DNA from: a virus
Taxonomy: Duplodnaviria; Caudoviricetes
IMG/VR virus record: IMGVR_UViG_3300031998_000004
DNA: 64,000 nucleotides
Direction: 5' to 3' (one strand)
Positions within the stretch are counted from its first letter, which is position 1. Every line of letters starts with the position of its first letter. A model generated the notes under the pieces. That model saw only the letters and a list, made by a program, of their open reading frames with translations, was not told the DNA's origin and did no database searches. A program made the translations under genes and the position numbers. Positions 17,959 to 28,468 of this stretch are shown here, in pieces.

Positions 17959-20250
17959 ATGGATAACTTTCAGTTAAATAACACTAGTGTATACCTTGGA
18001 GGACAGTGTAAGTGGGATATTGTTGTAAAAAAGGAAAATGGAAAGCTTGTTGTCGACGGGTTTCAACTTACTCCCGTATCGGATGCAGTTCCTTTTAATA
18101 AAAACAAAAACATCCAATTCCTCAATGAATATCACCAGGATTCGATTAAATATCTGTACAATGATATTAAAGAAAATTTCTGGGACGTAACACCTAGTCT
18201 CAATATATATAAAAGTAATGATGAAAGTGTCATAGTATCGCATGATCATTCATACGTTGCTGGTGTTAAACGATTAAAAACATATCAACTTTATAAAAAA
18301 CAATATAGTCTATTTCAACCATGTTGGTTGGAGTATATACCAGAAGATGCATATTTAAGATTTAATATATACGTTACGGATGAATCTGGTACACAGAAAT
18401 TTGGTGGAAATATATTAGATTTAAATCTTAAAAAAGACAATTCGTTTCATGATAGGTTTGTAAATTATTTTACAAACTGGCTCACATATCTTAATATAAT
18501 GCCAAATCCTGATAGATATCATAGTGATAACTATGAAAATCTTGGAAATGACAGGGTAATGTATGTTGATTTAAAAAACAAAGAAGCGTTTATAAACGGC
18601 GTGTCCGTCATATCAGGACAGCAGATAAATAATATAGTATGCAATCACGCTACATATAATCTGCTTATCAATGAACGCCCAAATATAGATTCGGATTCTA
18701 TATTAACAACATTATTCAAACTAAATAATATGGTGACAGCTCAGCTGTTTAATTTCAATATATGTTTTAATTTAGAAGATATACTATCTAATTACATTTT
18801 GAGAAAGTTGGTCGGTAAGAAAGTGAATGTTTATTGTGATGTGGGTGTGATTTATAAAAACAAAATGACAAACCTGGGGAGACGTACGCTGTTCACTAAT
18901 TATGAATATATTCCCAGAGAACAATTCAATCCATTTGTTTTTATCAATAAGTATAGTGAGTCCACAGCAACATCATATCATAGTGGGGTCGATATCGATA
19001 TAACAAACCAATATTCAGCAAACGTATTAGATTACTTAAAAGACTATTTAAACATCAATTTCAAGAACAAAAATAAAATTCCACAGTTCATAAATCACTG
19101 GGGATATCTTTCTCATACTAATACGACATTTAATCTATATGACGGATATCGATATTTATATAATGTATTTGACGATGATATAATATGTATTGATAATCCA
19201 ACCGATCGTACCATTACATATAAAGGAACAATCAAAGAGATTTCTGGGACAAACGGAATTGCTATACCGATTTTATATAAGTCATATAATAATACTGGTG
19301 GTGAATTGACATGGCTCGCTCCGGGTCATATATTAAGGATTGGAGATGATATAGGAATTAATGTACCTGGAAGAGATATTGATATTAAGAATATAATTAA
19401 CAGTCTTTATGAGACAGGTCCACAAGGATTCATAAACAAAAACCGTATAACAGAAAACAAATCTAAACAGATGTGGTTGAATGAAAGTATTCAATCAAAC
19501 TCATATGATATTGGGTTAACATGTATTTATGTGAAAACCAATAATTTATCCGGAGTAATGCCGGAAAATTATACGAAACTATTTGAATCCAATAATGTTT
19601 ATATATCAATCGACGATAATAATTACGTATTATTCACTAACGATTTCGATGTATTGATATTGGACAAGATGATAGATGTTGTCCAACAATCGGGTATTTC
19701 TGATTTATATACATTACTTTCTAATATAAAAGAATATATAACAAAAGGAAACGAAGGAATTTTTTATAGATTCTATAAAGAAATTGGAATAGGATATGAT
19801 GGTGAAGGAAATGAGGTTTATTACAAAACAGATACTCATTTGAATAACATTTACAGAACTGACGGCAAATTATCTCCTTCGATGATTGAAGATGATAATA
19901 AAGACGTAAATTTTGAATATGTGTTGGATATTAAAACCGATAACATAATCAATCTCGATACTGTTTACAATCAATTAAATATTCCCGAAATATCCACTAT
20001 TAAAGATAATTGGATTTTGAATTTATTCAGCTCGATTGAGTTCGTCGTAGAGAAGTCTATTGATGATCCTACTCCCTTAAAAACATATATTAGAGAATAT
20101 ATAAATGGGATATACTCATGTAATAACGATCAAATACTAATTGATTATATATATAAATTGTATAGTTCTTCGTTTGATTCGGAATACATATACGACGACG
20201 AAACACTAAATCATAAAATGAATTATAAAATAAAACTTACATTAAGATAA
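17959..20250 (+). CDS. putative structural protein
   Basis: 763-aa Asn/Ile/Tyr-rich ORF upstream of the tail fibre. Confidence 0.5.
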   Translation: MDNFQLNNTSVYLGGQCKWDIVVKKENGKLVVDGFQLTPVSDAVPFNKNKNIQFLNEYHQDSIKYLYNDIKENFWDVTPSLNIYKSNDESVIVSHDHSYVAGVKRLKTYQLYKKQYSLFQPCWLEYIPEDAYLRFNIYVTDESGTQKFGGNILDLNLKKDNSFHDRFVNYFTNWLTYLNIMPNPDRYHSDNYENLGNDRVMYVDLKNKEAFINGVSVISGQQINNIVCNHATYNLLINERPNIDSDSILTTLFKLNNMVTAQLFNFNICFNLEDILSNYILRKLVGKKVNVYCDVGVIYKNKMTNLGRRTLFTNYEYIPREQFNPFVFINKYSESTATSYHSGVDIDITNQYSANVLDYLKDYLNINFKNKNKIPQFINHWGYLSHTNTTFNLYDGYRYLYNVFDDDIICIDNPTDRTITYKGTIKEISGTNGIAIPILYKSYNNTGGELTWLAPGHILRIGDDIGINVPGRDIDIKNIINSLYETGPQGFINKNRITENKSKQMWLNESIQSNSYDIGLTCIYVKTNNLSGVMPENYTKLFESNNVYISIDDNNYVLFTNDFDVLILDKMIDVVQQSGISDLYTLLSNIKEYITKGNEGIFYRFYKEIGIGYDGEGNEVYYKTDTHLNNIYRTDGKLSPSMIEDDNKDVNFEYVLDIKTDNIINLDTVYNQLNIPEISTIKDNWILNLFSSIEFVVEKSIDDPTPLKTYIREYINGIYSCNNDQILIDYIYKLYSSSFDSEYIYDDETLNHKMNYKIKLTLR

Positions 20251-20251
20251 G

Positions 20252-23200
20252 ATGAGTGAAACCCTTCTAAAAAGAATCACAACTCCTGCATTAGGCCCTT
20301 CCTTTGGTCATGATGTAAATGAGTCATTTAAAAACATCGATGATAACTTTGGTACGTTATCCAATCATGAATTATATCGCGGACAACCTGGTGAGTCGTT
20401 GATTTCATTAAATGTTCCTTTTTCCGAATTATTAGACGATGATTCTACATTTAATTGGCCCGAAAGTGGACAAATAACATATGTTATTGCTGGTCAGAAG
20501 ACAAATTTCATCAATATGTTTAAAGATGTAAAAGAGTCTTTGGGAGGAACGGTCGTTGACGCTAATTCTGATGTAGATATATTAAGGTCAATAGATAAAC
20601 TAAAAAATTCTGATGGAACCGTATTGATATGCTTCAACGAGCCGGAAGATATCAATAACCCAGTTGATATAGTATCAATCATACCTTATGTATTTGTTGA
20701 TGATACTTTTTGGACTACAGAATTTTCCGATAGTGGCGTATATGATTTATCAGGGACAATAACATATAATATCGAATTAACTAATCCATGGAAATGTACA
20801 CAAAATTTTCCTACATTATATTATGATGCTGAAGAAGAAAAGTTATGTTGGATTATTAATGGAACTCAAACTCATATCCCTGCAAGCGGCCCTCAGGGAA
20901 TAACTGGCAAATCGGGAATGACTTACGTCGCTCTTACTGATACTCCTCCAACCGATTGGCCAACGGGCGGAAGCAATACAACGTTAAATATATCTTATCT
21001 ATTAGATTGGAATCCGATGAGGCAAATTCCTTGGATAGCGGTATCTGATTTAACTCTAGATCAAATCCCGGATGATGGCTCTCCTGTTATAGTAATTCCA
21101 AATATTGATCCTAGTTGGCAATACACTCAAGATTATACCGAAGATGTAGTAAAACACGTATATTTCATTTCTTCTATAATTAATGAAAACGGCACACTAT
21201 ATGCTCTTGTTGATGAGAAGTGTATAATCTATGCAAAAATGAATGACACTACCTTATGGGATTCAATGCATCATATCAAAGAAGTTGATTTAGATGTAAC
21301 ACCACAAAATGATCCTCAATCTCCTTTGAGTGGATATATTATTAAAGATGCTACAGAAGGAAATACCGGATATGTGTTACACGCAACCAAAGAAGTACAG
21401 TCATCATATGTCATCAAAAAAGTAATACTTGATAGGGTTAATAATCTCGATGGCGATCCAAATAGTCCGTTAAACCTAGATAATACCCAATATCGTCTTA
21501 AAATATCAGGAAATAATTCTGTTGAGATTGGAGACCAGACAACCGCTTCAGGTGCTCATTCACACGCTGAAGGTAGACAAACAATTGCTTCAGGTGCTCA
21601 TTCACACGCAGAGGGGTATGGAACAATAGCATCTACGACGGGATCCCACGCTGAAGGCACCGGTACACAGGCAAATAATACATATTCTCACGCAGAAGGA
21701 CAAATGACCAGGGCTTTAGGAGATGCATCCCATGCGGAGGGATTTGATACAGAAGCAAATAAAAGCTATGCCCATGCTGAAGGTAATGGTACAACGGCAT
21801 CAGGAAATGCATCTCATGCGGAGGGAAATGATGGTACAATGGCATCAGGAAATGCATCCCATGCTGAAGGTACGAGCACAATAGCGAGGGGGGATGCATC
21901 CCATACGGAAGGAAATGAAACAGAAACCGGTATAAATGCTGCTGAAGCTCATGCTGAAGGAAATAGTACTCATGCCAATGGAAGAGGTTCTCATGCTGAG
22001 GGAAGTAGTACTTATGCAGAAGGAAATTATTCTCATGCTGAAGGTGTAGGTTCAGAAGCTAAGGATATTGGTGCACATGCTGCAGGTTATAACACTGAAG
22101 CAAAAGGACGATATTCTCACACAGAAGGCAGTATTACAAAAGCCATGGGATATGCATCTCATGCAGAAGGTGATGGTACAATGGCATCAGGAAATGCTTC
22201 ACATGCAGAAGGTGCTGATACAATTACAAATGAAAATTATTCTCACGCAGAGGGAAATAATACGATAGCTGTAGGAGAAGCATCTCATACAGAAGGAAAA
22301 TTTACAATCGCAGGTGCAACGGTCTTGGATTATGATGATTATACTAAAGGATGTAAAACTTTTTATGATTCCTCTATTTCAAATACAACACCTACATTAA
22401 CAAGCGTATCACTTTTCGAATTTACTTTTTGTATTGAAATTCCAGAACCAGTAAATTCAGCAAGTGATATACTCATACCAGAAAATGATTGTACAGCAAT
22501 AAGACTTTCCAGAACAATTTTTACTAATCAATGGTGGGATTGTAGCGACATATCAGTGATTTCCGTAGGATCCTATAATGGAAATTATTATGCAAAAATA
22601 AAACTAACCTCAAGTGACTCAAATCTTTATACAAAATGGCAATCTGCAATAAATAATATACTCCATCCAGGAACTGTTGGTTTTGGATATTATATATGTT
22701 TTCCGAGTATTACTATAAACGAAACTATATATTCTGGTGGCCCCCAATATATGACTTTTAATAATTCAAATTATACTCATACAGAAGGAATATATACCTG
22801 CTCGGATGGTATAGGAGCTCATGCTGAAGGATTTGGAAATATATCGGATCCGATAATAGCAATTGGAAACGGGGCACATGTCGAAGGTGTTGGTACCAAA
22901 GCAATTGGTCAAGGAGCTCACGCCGAAGGATATCATACAGAAGCATATGGGGATGGAGCACACGCTAGTGGTTATTCTACAAAAACCTTAAATAATGGGG
23001 AAATTGCGTTGGGTCGATATAATGCTCCTGGTTATCTTAGTGTACATACTCCTTCCGGGGTATATTGCATTACAAAAACAGGATCAGATGATAAAAGAAT
23101 TATATTTAGTATAGGTTGCGGAAATTCGGCTAACGAAACCGGAACAGCGGGTACAACAGATCATAGAACCAATGCCATGTTTATAACAGCAGAAGGGACG

Positions 23201-23299
23201 ACATATGTTAAATTTACACCAGGAAATTATTCTTATTGGGACGGTGATAATAATCACTTACCTGATTTATATGGGGATATTTATTCAATTCATAATTAA
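20252..23299 (+). CDS. Tail fibre/adhesin with YadA-head-like SHAEG repeats
   Basis: Short collagen-like GPQGITGKSG; roughly 18 plus 6 repeats of about 14 aa (A.G..SHAEG..T.); C-terminal FSIG.G...R.NA motif. Confidence 0.8.
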   Translation: MSETLLKRITTPALGPSFGHDVNESFKNIDDNFGTLSNHELYRGQPGESLISLNVPFSELLDDDSTFNWPESGQITYVIAGQKTNFINMFKDVKESLGGTVVDANSDVDILRSIDKLKNSDGTVLICFNEPEDINNPVDIVSIIPYVFVDDTFWTTEFSDSGVYDLSGTITYNIELTNPWKCTQNFPTLYYDAEEEKLCWIINGTQTHIPASGPQGITGKSGMTYVALTDTPPTDWPTGGSNTTLNISYLLDWNPMRQIPWIAVSDLTLDQIPDDGSPVIVIPNIDPSWQYTQDYTEDVVKHVYFISSIINENGTLYALVDEKCIIYAKMNDTTLWDSMHHIKEVDLDVTPQNDPQSPLSGYIIKDATEGNTGYVLHATKEVQSSYVIKKVILDRVNNLDGDPNSPLNLDNTQYRLKISGNNSVEIGDQTTASGAHSHAEGRQTIASGAHSHAEGYGTIASTTGSHAEGTGTQANNTYSHAEGQMTRALGDASHAEGFDTEANKSYAHAEGNGTTASGNASHAEGNDGTMASGNASHAEGTSTIARGDASHTEGNETETGINAAEAHAEGNSTHANGRGSHAEGSSTYAEGNYSHAEGVGSEAKDIGAHAAGYNTEAKGRYSHTEGSITKAMGYASHAEGDGTMASGNASHAEGADTITNENYSHAEGNNTIAVGEASHTEGKFTIAGATVLDYDDYTKGCKTFYDSSISNTTPTLTSVSLFEFTFCIEIPEPVNSASDILIPENDCTAIRLSRTIFTNQWWDCSDISVISVGSYNGNYYAKIKLTSSDSNLYTKWQSAINNILHPGTVGFGYYICFPSITINETIYSGGPQYMTFNNSNYTHTEGIYTCSDGIGAHAEGFGNISDPIIAIGNGAHVEGVGTKAIGQGAHAEGYHTEAYGDGAHASGYSTKTLNNGEIALGRYNAPGYLSVHTPSGVYCITKTGSDDKRIIFSIGCGNSANETGTAGTTDHRTNAMFITAEGTTYVKFTPGNYSYWDGDNNHLPDLYGDIYSIHN
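21541..22310 (+). repeat. Coding tandem repeat (about 42 nt, SHAEG units)
   Basis: Recurring TC.CA[CT]GC.GA[AG]GG; near-duplicate GATGGTACAATGGCATCAGGAAATGC at about 21830 and 22172. Confidence 0.8.
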
Positions 23300-23336
23300 A
23301 AAAAAAGGAAGACCTACTCGTCTTCCTTTTCTTCTT
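23298..23336. terminator. Bidirectional terminator
   Basis: A-tract, AAAAGGAAGAC...GTCTTCCTTTT, between convergent genes. Confidence 0.7.
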
Positions 23337-23538
23337 TTTCATACAACCACCTACTCTCCTTATATATATCCCCACACGTATTCACAAACGAAGGGTCTAC
23401 GTAGGTATGTGTAACCATCAGTCCACGGAGGGCTTGTAGGATGTCGTTTACATCATGATCTGTATATGGGCTCTCCCATACAGCCTTCTCACCATCGATC
23501 TCGAGAGCGAGTCTTGTTCCCTTAAATTCTTTTTCCAT
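23314..23538 (-). CDS. hypothetical protein
   Basis: 74-aa ATG ORF. Confidence 0.55.
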   Translation of the reverse strand: MEKEFKGTRLALEIDGEKAVWESPYTDHDVNDILQALRGLMVTHTYVDPSFVNTCGDIYKESRWLYEKEEKEDE

Positions 23539-23557
23539 GATTTAATATATTTATAAC

Positions 23558-24130
23558 ATGAGCATATTTAATACATCACCCACACAAGGACTCAAGGTAA
23601 GAGAAATATATGAGATAGACGCAAAAGAATCTCGAGCATTGGTTTCTCAAACAACCACATCGGTATTATATAATTACTTCGAACCAACATATGAAAGAGC
23701 ATTTAATTTGTGCTGGGTGACAAACGCTGGATATCATTTCTGGGGTGAATACAAAAATCAACATTGGGAAGGACTTGGATATAATGAATTTCTGAGTAAA
23801 GCTTTGAGAGCATTCGGTGAGTGTGAGATTGGAGGACTATCTAACCTCAATTCTCAACTTGAGTCTCTCTGTGACGAACCGGTGTTCCGAGTTGATATAA
23901 TACATGATTTTATGAAGTCTACATCGTCGGGACAAATAATAAATTATCCAATGAAGGGATCGAAGAAGCACCCCATCATACTCACCTTCCCTTGGATAGA
24001 TAGTAATCTTGTTGAACGACACCCATGGGCAATACTTTACGTGTATAACAACCAAAAAGAAACGATACACGTTGCTGCAGTTCCACTCATTCCAAAAAAG
24101 GGCATGGAGGATGTGTTTAACGCGCTATAA
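23558..24130 (+). CDS. hypothetical protein starting MSIFN
   Basis: 190-aa ORF preceded by ATATTTAT. Confidence 0.6.
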   Translation: MSIFNTSPTQGLKVREIYEIDAKESRALVSQTTTSVLYNYFEPTYERAFNLCWVTNAGYHFWGEYKNQHWEGLGYNEFLSKALRAFGECEIGGLSNLNSQLESLCDEPVFRVDIIHDFMKSTSSGQIINYPMKGSKKHPIILTFPWIDSNLVERHPWAILYVYNNQKETIHVAAVPLIPKKGMEDVFNAL

Positions 24131-24153
24131 ACTCTTGTATAATCGAGATAAAA

Positions 24154-24179
24154 TAAAAGGATGACCATTAGTCATCCTT
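24154..24179 (-). terminator. Rho-independent terminator
   Basis: AAGGATGAC-CATTA-GTCATCCTT. Confidence 0.7.
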
Positions 24180-24207
24180 AAATTTTTCATTCAAATATGA
24201 AGAGTTA

Positions 24208-24981
24208 TTAGTCTCCTACGTACTCACCACTCCGTTTGCTAGCATAGTATCCTGCTATTCCTCGGCTGGTTGCTTCGTGACTGCTTGCGAAGTTCTGTAA
24301 TCTCTTGTCTGTCTGTAAATAAGAAAGAAAATCTTTAAGTTTCTTTTTATCGTACTTTGCAATGAGTCTTATCGTGAAACTCGGAACCGGAACACCAGCA
24401 CCTCTTCCCTCGTACTCAACCACCTCACATCCGGTTCCCGACATACAATCCCAAAGTTTACGACGAAGTACTGTCATGTCTTCTGCAGGGAGGTTATTGT
24501 ATCCGTTGCCGTATTGAGAATCCTTAAAGTACACCCCTATCATACTAGGAGAGACAGTGTAGTTATAGTTATCTTCACGGAACTGTTTTGCAGTACCGGT
24601 TGTAAGCTTGAGTTTGGTTGTTCCAACTCGCACAGCACCACCAAGGCCGGATTCCTTATCACATCCACTTATCCACTCCCCATTGACCCCGATCCTACTG
24701 AGTTCAGCAAGGACTGCTTCGAGTAACTTATTGTCATTCTTTTCGATGTACAACACCATTTCTATCATAGAAGAACAAACAATATTTCTTCTCTTGGGGT
24801 TGTCTTTGAACCAGTCATCGACCATTTTTAAGATGTTCTCTTTAGCGACCCCGTTGGCGAGTTCGGACATAATACTTTCCAGTTTACTATCACCAACCGA
24901 TAGAGGGGCTGATTTAAGATCGTACTCAGGGACAATCACTTTGACTTCCCGAGGATTGACATATTCGTATAATGGTCTCAT
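24208..24981 (-). CDS. hypothetical protein with MRPLYE leader
   Basis: 257-aa ORF ending YVGD. Confidence 0.6.
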   Translation of the reverse strand: MRPLYEYVNPREVKVIVPEYDLKSAPLSVGDSKLESIMSELANGVAKENILKMVDDWFKDNPKRRNIVCSSMIEMVLYIEKNDNKLLEAVLAELSRIGVNGEWISGCDKESGLGGAVRVGTTKLKLTTGTAKQFREDNYNYTVSPSMIGVYFKDSQYGNGYNNLPAEDMTVLRRKLWDCMSGTGCEVVEYEGRGAGVPVPSFTIRLIAKYDKKKLKDFLSYLQTDKRLQNFASSHEATSRGIAGYYASKRSGEYVGD

Positions 24982-25011
24982 GATTTTAATTATTAAATTT
25001 TCCCTGAATCT

Positions 25012-26655
25012 TTAGAATCCAAAATTCTTTAATTTTTTATCTGCAGTCTCTATAGCATCTTTAAGTCTCTTTGTTGCGCCTTCGAGATTTCTGTAATCAT
25101 AATCCTCTGGTTTTGTTTTATAACTATTTCCAAAGCATGATAAGTAGGCATCCATAAAACATTTGAAAATATACATCAATCCGTTATCTCCATAGTATGC
25201 GGGGCCACTATCGTGTTTCCATGATTTATAGCTGGGATTACTCCTCTTTTCATCTCTTAACCATGTAAAGAATCTTTCAACATCATACTTATTAAATGCT
25301 TTGGGGTCTTTGGTAATAGCACGAGTGAATTTGAATACTCTTGTATTGATTTGTTCGTATTCATCAATGACCTTATCGTATCCTTCAGCTTCGTCATTCT
25401 TTTTTCTCTCAAGACGGATTTGAGCAACCATGTCCTTATATCTCTTCATGTTTGCAGCAGCAATAGCTTTATACTGTTCGACATCACCAGGATTAATAAC
25501 ACCAGCTTGAGCATCCGCCCTATTTTTTCTGATATTCCAACGCTCGTCGTTACCAGTACCGGTGTCCTTACCAGTATTTAATACTACAACAGTATAGCCA
25601 CTTCCGTAATTAAGAATCCGGTCGCGAGCTTCAGACTTACCATAGTAGCGTGTATCTATCTTATTTGAATAACTTCCCTTATGGGGAATATTTACCCAAA
25701 CAATCGACCAACCACTTCCACGAAGTTTAGCCTGTTCACCAAATCCACCAATAAACTCACCAAGGTCTTCGTTATAAACCAAGAATATATCGCCACCATC
25801 AGCGTCTCCGGAACTGTATGCGCTATAGAATGCCTTACCAAGAGTCTTTTTATCTTTCTCATCACTCATGTCATAAACATCAATATCATCATTAGTGATT
25901 TTGTCAAGAAGTCTTCCCGAGCCCGAGAAACCACTGGATCTAGAGTGATTTCTGATTAAGTTATCTAATTTATTATACTTCTGTTTGGAATCATCTTCCC
26001 ATGACCATTCCTTATAAGGGTACTTCTTAAGCTGTGCAGCAAGACGTTGCAACCACTGATTGTTAAGTGTTTCATTTACAACACCTTCAACCACATCAGC
26101 CTCGATTTCGTCCTCTCCACAGAAGACTTTCTTTATAACATGGACCTTTTCTTTCAACTGGTCTACTGTATACTTCTTTCCGTTTCCGCTCCAATATATA
26201 TTACCAAACACAGTATCTATCCCTTTACAATCCTTCAACTTCTTACAGTTAGTTACAGAGAGGTCTCCTTTTATGAGTTCGGGAATACCAACAAGGGAAA
26301 CGAGAGCCGGACATTGATTGATAGTGAGACTCCCATCGAATATAGCGAATTTCTCAAGGAAAGAACCTTCAAATCCTGTGAGTTTTGGACAGTTCTCAAT
26401 AATCAACTTACCATGGAAGTCTTTAATATTGATATTAAGAGTTTCTGATTGTACCCCACTTATAATCAACTTTCCATTAACTCTACAGCTACCATCTTTG
26501 AAGAACACAGTATTAAAGGAACCCTTACATGTATCCAAGAACATCTTTGTTGTGTCCTTTGCAATTCCTTTCTCGAGTCTATCTCCGCCTTCAAAATCAA
26601 ACATCCCTTCGGCAAGAGCTACTATATTTCGCGATATTTCTTTTAACGATCTCAT
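25012..26655 (-). CDS. Two-domain protein with MRSLKE...AE-GMFD leader and LRR-like repeats
   Basis: L.I.NCPKL, L.I.QCPAL.SL.G.P and L.V.NCKKL repeats; internal VVNE linker. Confidence 0.6.
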   Translation of the reverse strand: MRSLKEISRNIVALAEGMFDFEGGDRLEKGIAKDTTKMFLDTCKGSFNTVFFKDGSCRVNGKLIISGVQSETLNINIKDFHGKLIIENCPKLTGFEGSFLEKFAIFDGSLTINQCPALVSLVGIPELIKGDLSVTNCKKLKDCKGIDTVFGNIYWSGNGKKYTVDQLKEKVHVIKKVFCGEDEIEADVVEGVVNETLNNQWLQRLAAQLKKYPYKEWSWEDDSKQKYNKLDNLIRNHSRSSGFSGSGRLLDKITNDDIDVYDMSDEKDKKTLGKAFYSAYSSGDADGGDIFLVYNEDLGEFIGGFGEQAKLRGSGWSIVWVNIPHKGSYSNKIDTRYYGKSEARDRILNYGSGYTVVVLNTGKDTGTGNDERWNIRKNRADAQAGVINPGDVEQYKAIAAANMKRYKDMVAQIRLERKKNDEAEGYDKVIDEYEQINTRVFKFTRAITKDPKAFNKYDVERFFTWLRDEKRSNPSYKSWKHDSGPAYYGDNGLMYIFKCFMDAYLSCFGNSYKTKPEDYDYRNLEGATKRLKDAIETADKKLKNFGF

Positions 26656-26664
26656 ATCTTAAGT

Positions 26665-26907
26665 TTATCTATTTTTCCAATGTATATCTTTAAAGTGTTT
26701 TAATTCATCTATATATTTGAGTAAGAATACAATAGAAGATTCGTAAAATTTGAGTACAAATTGGAGGACGGGATTATCTGTCTCTGCGAGCGGCTTTGAT
26801 ATTATATGTCCAACCAACCCTTCTCTTTCGTAATCATAAGGTGGTTGTTTGATTATCTCCCAAAGCTTATAATCTTTAAATGCTTCTCCGTTTGGTTGTT
26901 GCGTCAT
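26665..26907 (-). CDS. hypothetical protein (possibly baseplate-associated)
   Basis: 80-aa ORF downstream of the gp5-like gene. Confidence 0.5.
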   Translation of the reverse strand: MTQQPNGEAFKDYKLWEIIKQPPYDYEREGLVGHIISKPLAETDNPVLQFVLKFYESSIVFLLKYIDELKHFKDIHWKNR

Positions 26908-26911
26908 ACTC

Positions 26912-27655
26912 TTAATTAGATGTTATACTTACATGCTCCGATTTCACAGGGTCTATTTTTGGTTGTAGGTTAGTAGCCATTGCTTGAAACGCGGGTACCA
27001 GGTTTGCCGTATATGGATTTGCAGATGCTGCATTAGTAAGCGTGGTTTTGATTTGATTTAATAATTCATCAGCCCACTCTTTCCACTTACTAAATAACAT
27101 CGCATTATCTTCGGCTTGCCCTTCTGTTCCCAACGCAATACTATCCTCACATATATCAATAATACGCTTATCAAAGTTAGTTTTAAGAAGAATACTACCG
27201 TCAGCTCTAATATTGATTAATCCATCTTCATCCTTCTTCATCATCCAGCCATCATCGTTATCGAAGTATAGAATAGCCCATTTGGAATCCTCAAACTCGC
27301 GATTAACAACTACTTCAAGATTTTGGGTCTCATCCGTAAGCGGGAGGCCTTGCATGTTTTCTGGTAGAGATTCTTCTGCAATCCAATCATCTTTTCTTAC
27401 CCAATACAGTTGCATAGAGTTGTCCTCAAATGACATCACCCAAATCTGTTCATCAACCTTCGGACAAGAATAACTATTTGAATGATGACCAAACGGCCAA
27501 GGGTAAATAGGTGGAAGAAGAGTAGTGTCTATTGGGTTTCCTTCGGAGTCGACATCAGGAAAAAGACCGGGTGCGGAGACTTTAATAGTTCCGTTTCCAT
27601 CTTCTACTATTTCTAAAACCTTTGCGGGTCTGATAGTGGCTGACATCAATTTCAT
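26912..27655 (-). CDS. Baseplate central spike, gp5/gpV-like OB-fold protein
   Basis: V..D..G.IKV..PG...LP..YP...S.PKV.EQIWV.F pattern followed by beta-rich repeats. Confidence 0.65.
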   Translation of the reverse strand: MKLMSATIRPAKVLEIVEDGNGTIKVSAPGLFPDVDSEGNPIDTTLLPPIYPWPFGHHSNSYSCPKVDEQIWVMSFEDNSMQLYWVRKDDWIAEESLPENMQGLPLTDETQNLEVVVNREFEDSKWAILYFDNDDGWMMKKDEDGLINIRADGSILLKTNFDKRIIDICEDSIALGTEGQAEDNAMLFSKWKEWADELLNQIKTTLTNAASANPYTANLVPAFQAMATNLQPKIDPVKSEHVSITSN

Positions 27656-27666
27656 ATTACGCTAAA

Positions 27667-28455
27667 TTATATTTTAACACCAGATACAATCATATCGCCA
27701 GAGACATTTGCTTGATAAGCTGGATTGGTTGGATCAGTAGAATCAATGTCTTTAACCCCATCATATGCGAGATTTGCGATTACATCATTAGTCGATACAA
27801 TTGTTCTTGGTTCCCACACGGGAAAATTAGTTTCTACCTCAAGGGAAATCTCTGTTGTTCTTAATTTATTGTCTTGTGTAGTTCCGTCGAGTTCTGCTGT
27901 GTACTCATCATCAATTGACGTGGGTATAGTATAGGAACAACGAATAGCTTGTCCCATATAAGACACAACATATGTTTGGACAAATGCTAATTTAGATATG
28001 ATGTTCTGAGAAAGACTCATCAAATCACCCCAACTATCAACATAGTATTTGCACGTTACTGATATTTTAATAGGTATTCTTCTAAACTCACCAGATAATG
28101 TATATATAGCGTCATCGGATTCATATTGTAGTTGTCCTTGTGTATATGGGCTGGTTAACTGGTCTGGTTCTATGTTTAGACCTTTAATAGTAACAAGGCA
28201 CCGAGGCACCGAGTTATATACATAATCTTCATTAGATATCTCAAGTGGCTCAATCTTTGCATTTTGTCCTTTAACACTTAAGTACATCGTATCGTCACCG
28301 GTGTGAATTATGAAATGAGGAATTTTACCATTACGAACTGCAAGTTGCTCGTTGAGCTTTAATAGAAGTCCTTTTATGACTATAGGGAAAAAGAGAGATT
28401 GATTGTTTATATCAATCTCCCCTCTTCTGATACTATTTACGATTTCATTTGGCAT
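27667..28455 (-). CDS. Tail completion/terminator protein (T4 gp15-like)
   Basis: IP.FI, VPR..V, RIPI.IS, SLEVET.FP pattern. Confidence 0.5.
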   Translation of the reverse strand: MPNEIVNSIRRGEIDINNQSLFFPIVIKGLLLKLNEQLAVRNGKIPHFIIHTGDDTMYLSVKGQNAKIEPLEISNEDYVYNSVPRCLVTIKGLNIEPDQLTSPYTQGQLQYESDDAIYTLSGEFRRIPIKISVTCKYYVDSWGDLMSLSQNIISKLAFVQTYVVSYMGQAIRCSYTIPTSIDDEYTAELDGTTQDNKLRTTEISLEVETNFPVWEPRTIVSTNDVIANLAYDGVKDIDSTDPTNPAYQANVSGDMIVSGVKI

Positions 28456-28468
28456 TTGTTTTTAACGA

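Noticed and set aside
21541-22310. 42-nt periodic repeats as a CRISPR array
   Set aside because: They are degenerate at third codon positions, so they are a protein repeat.
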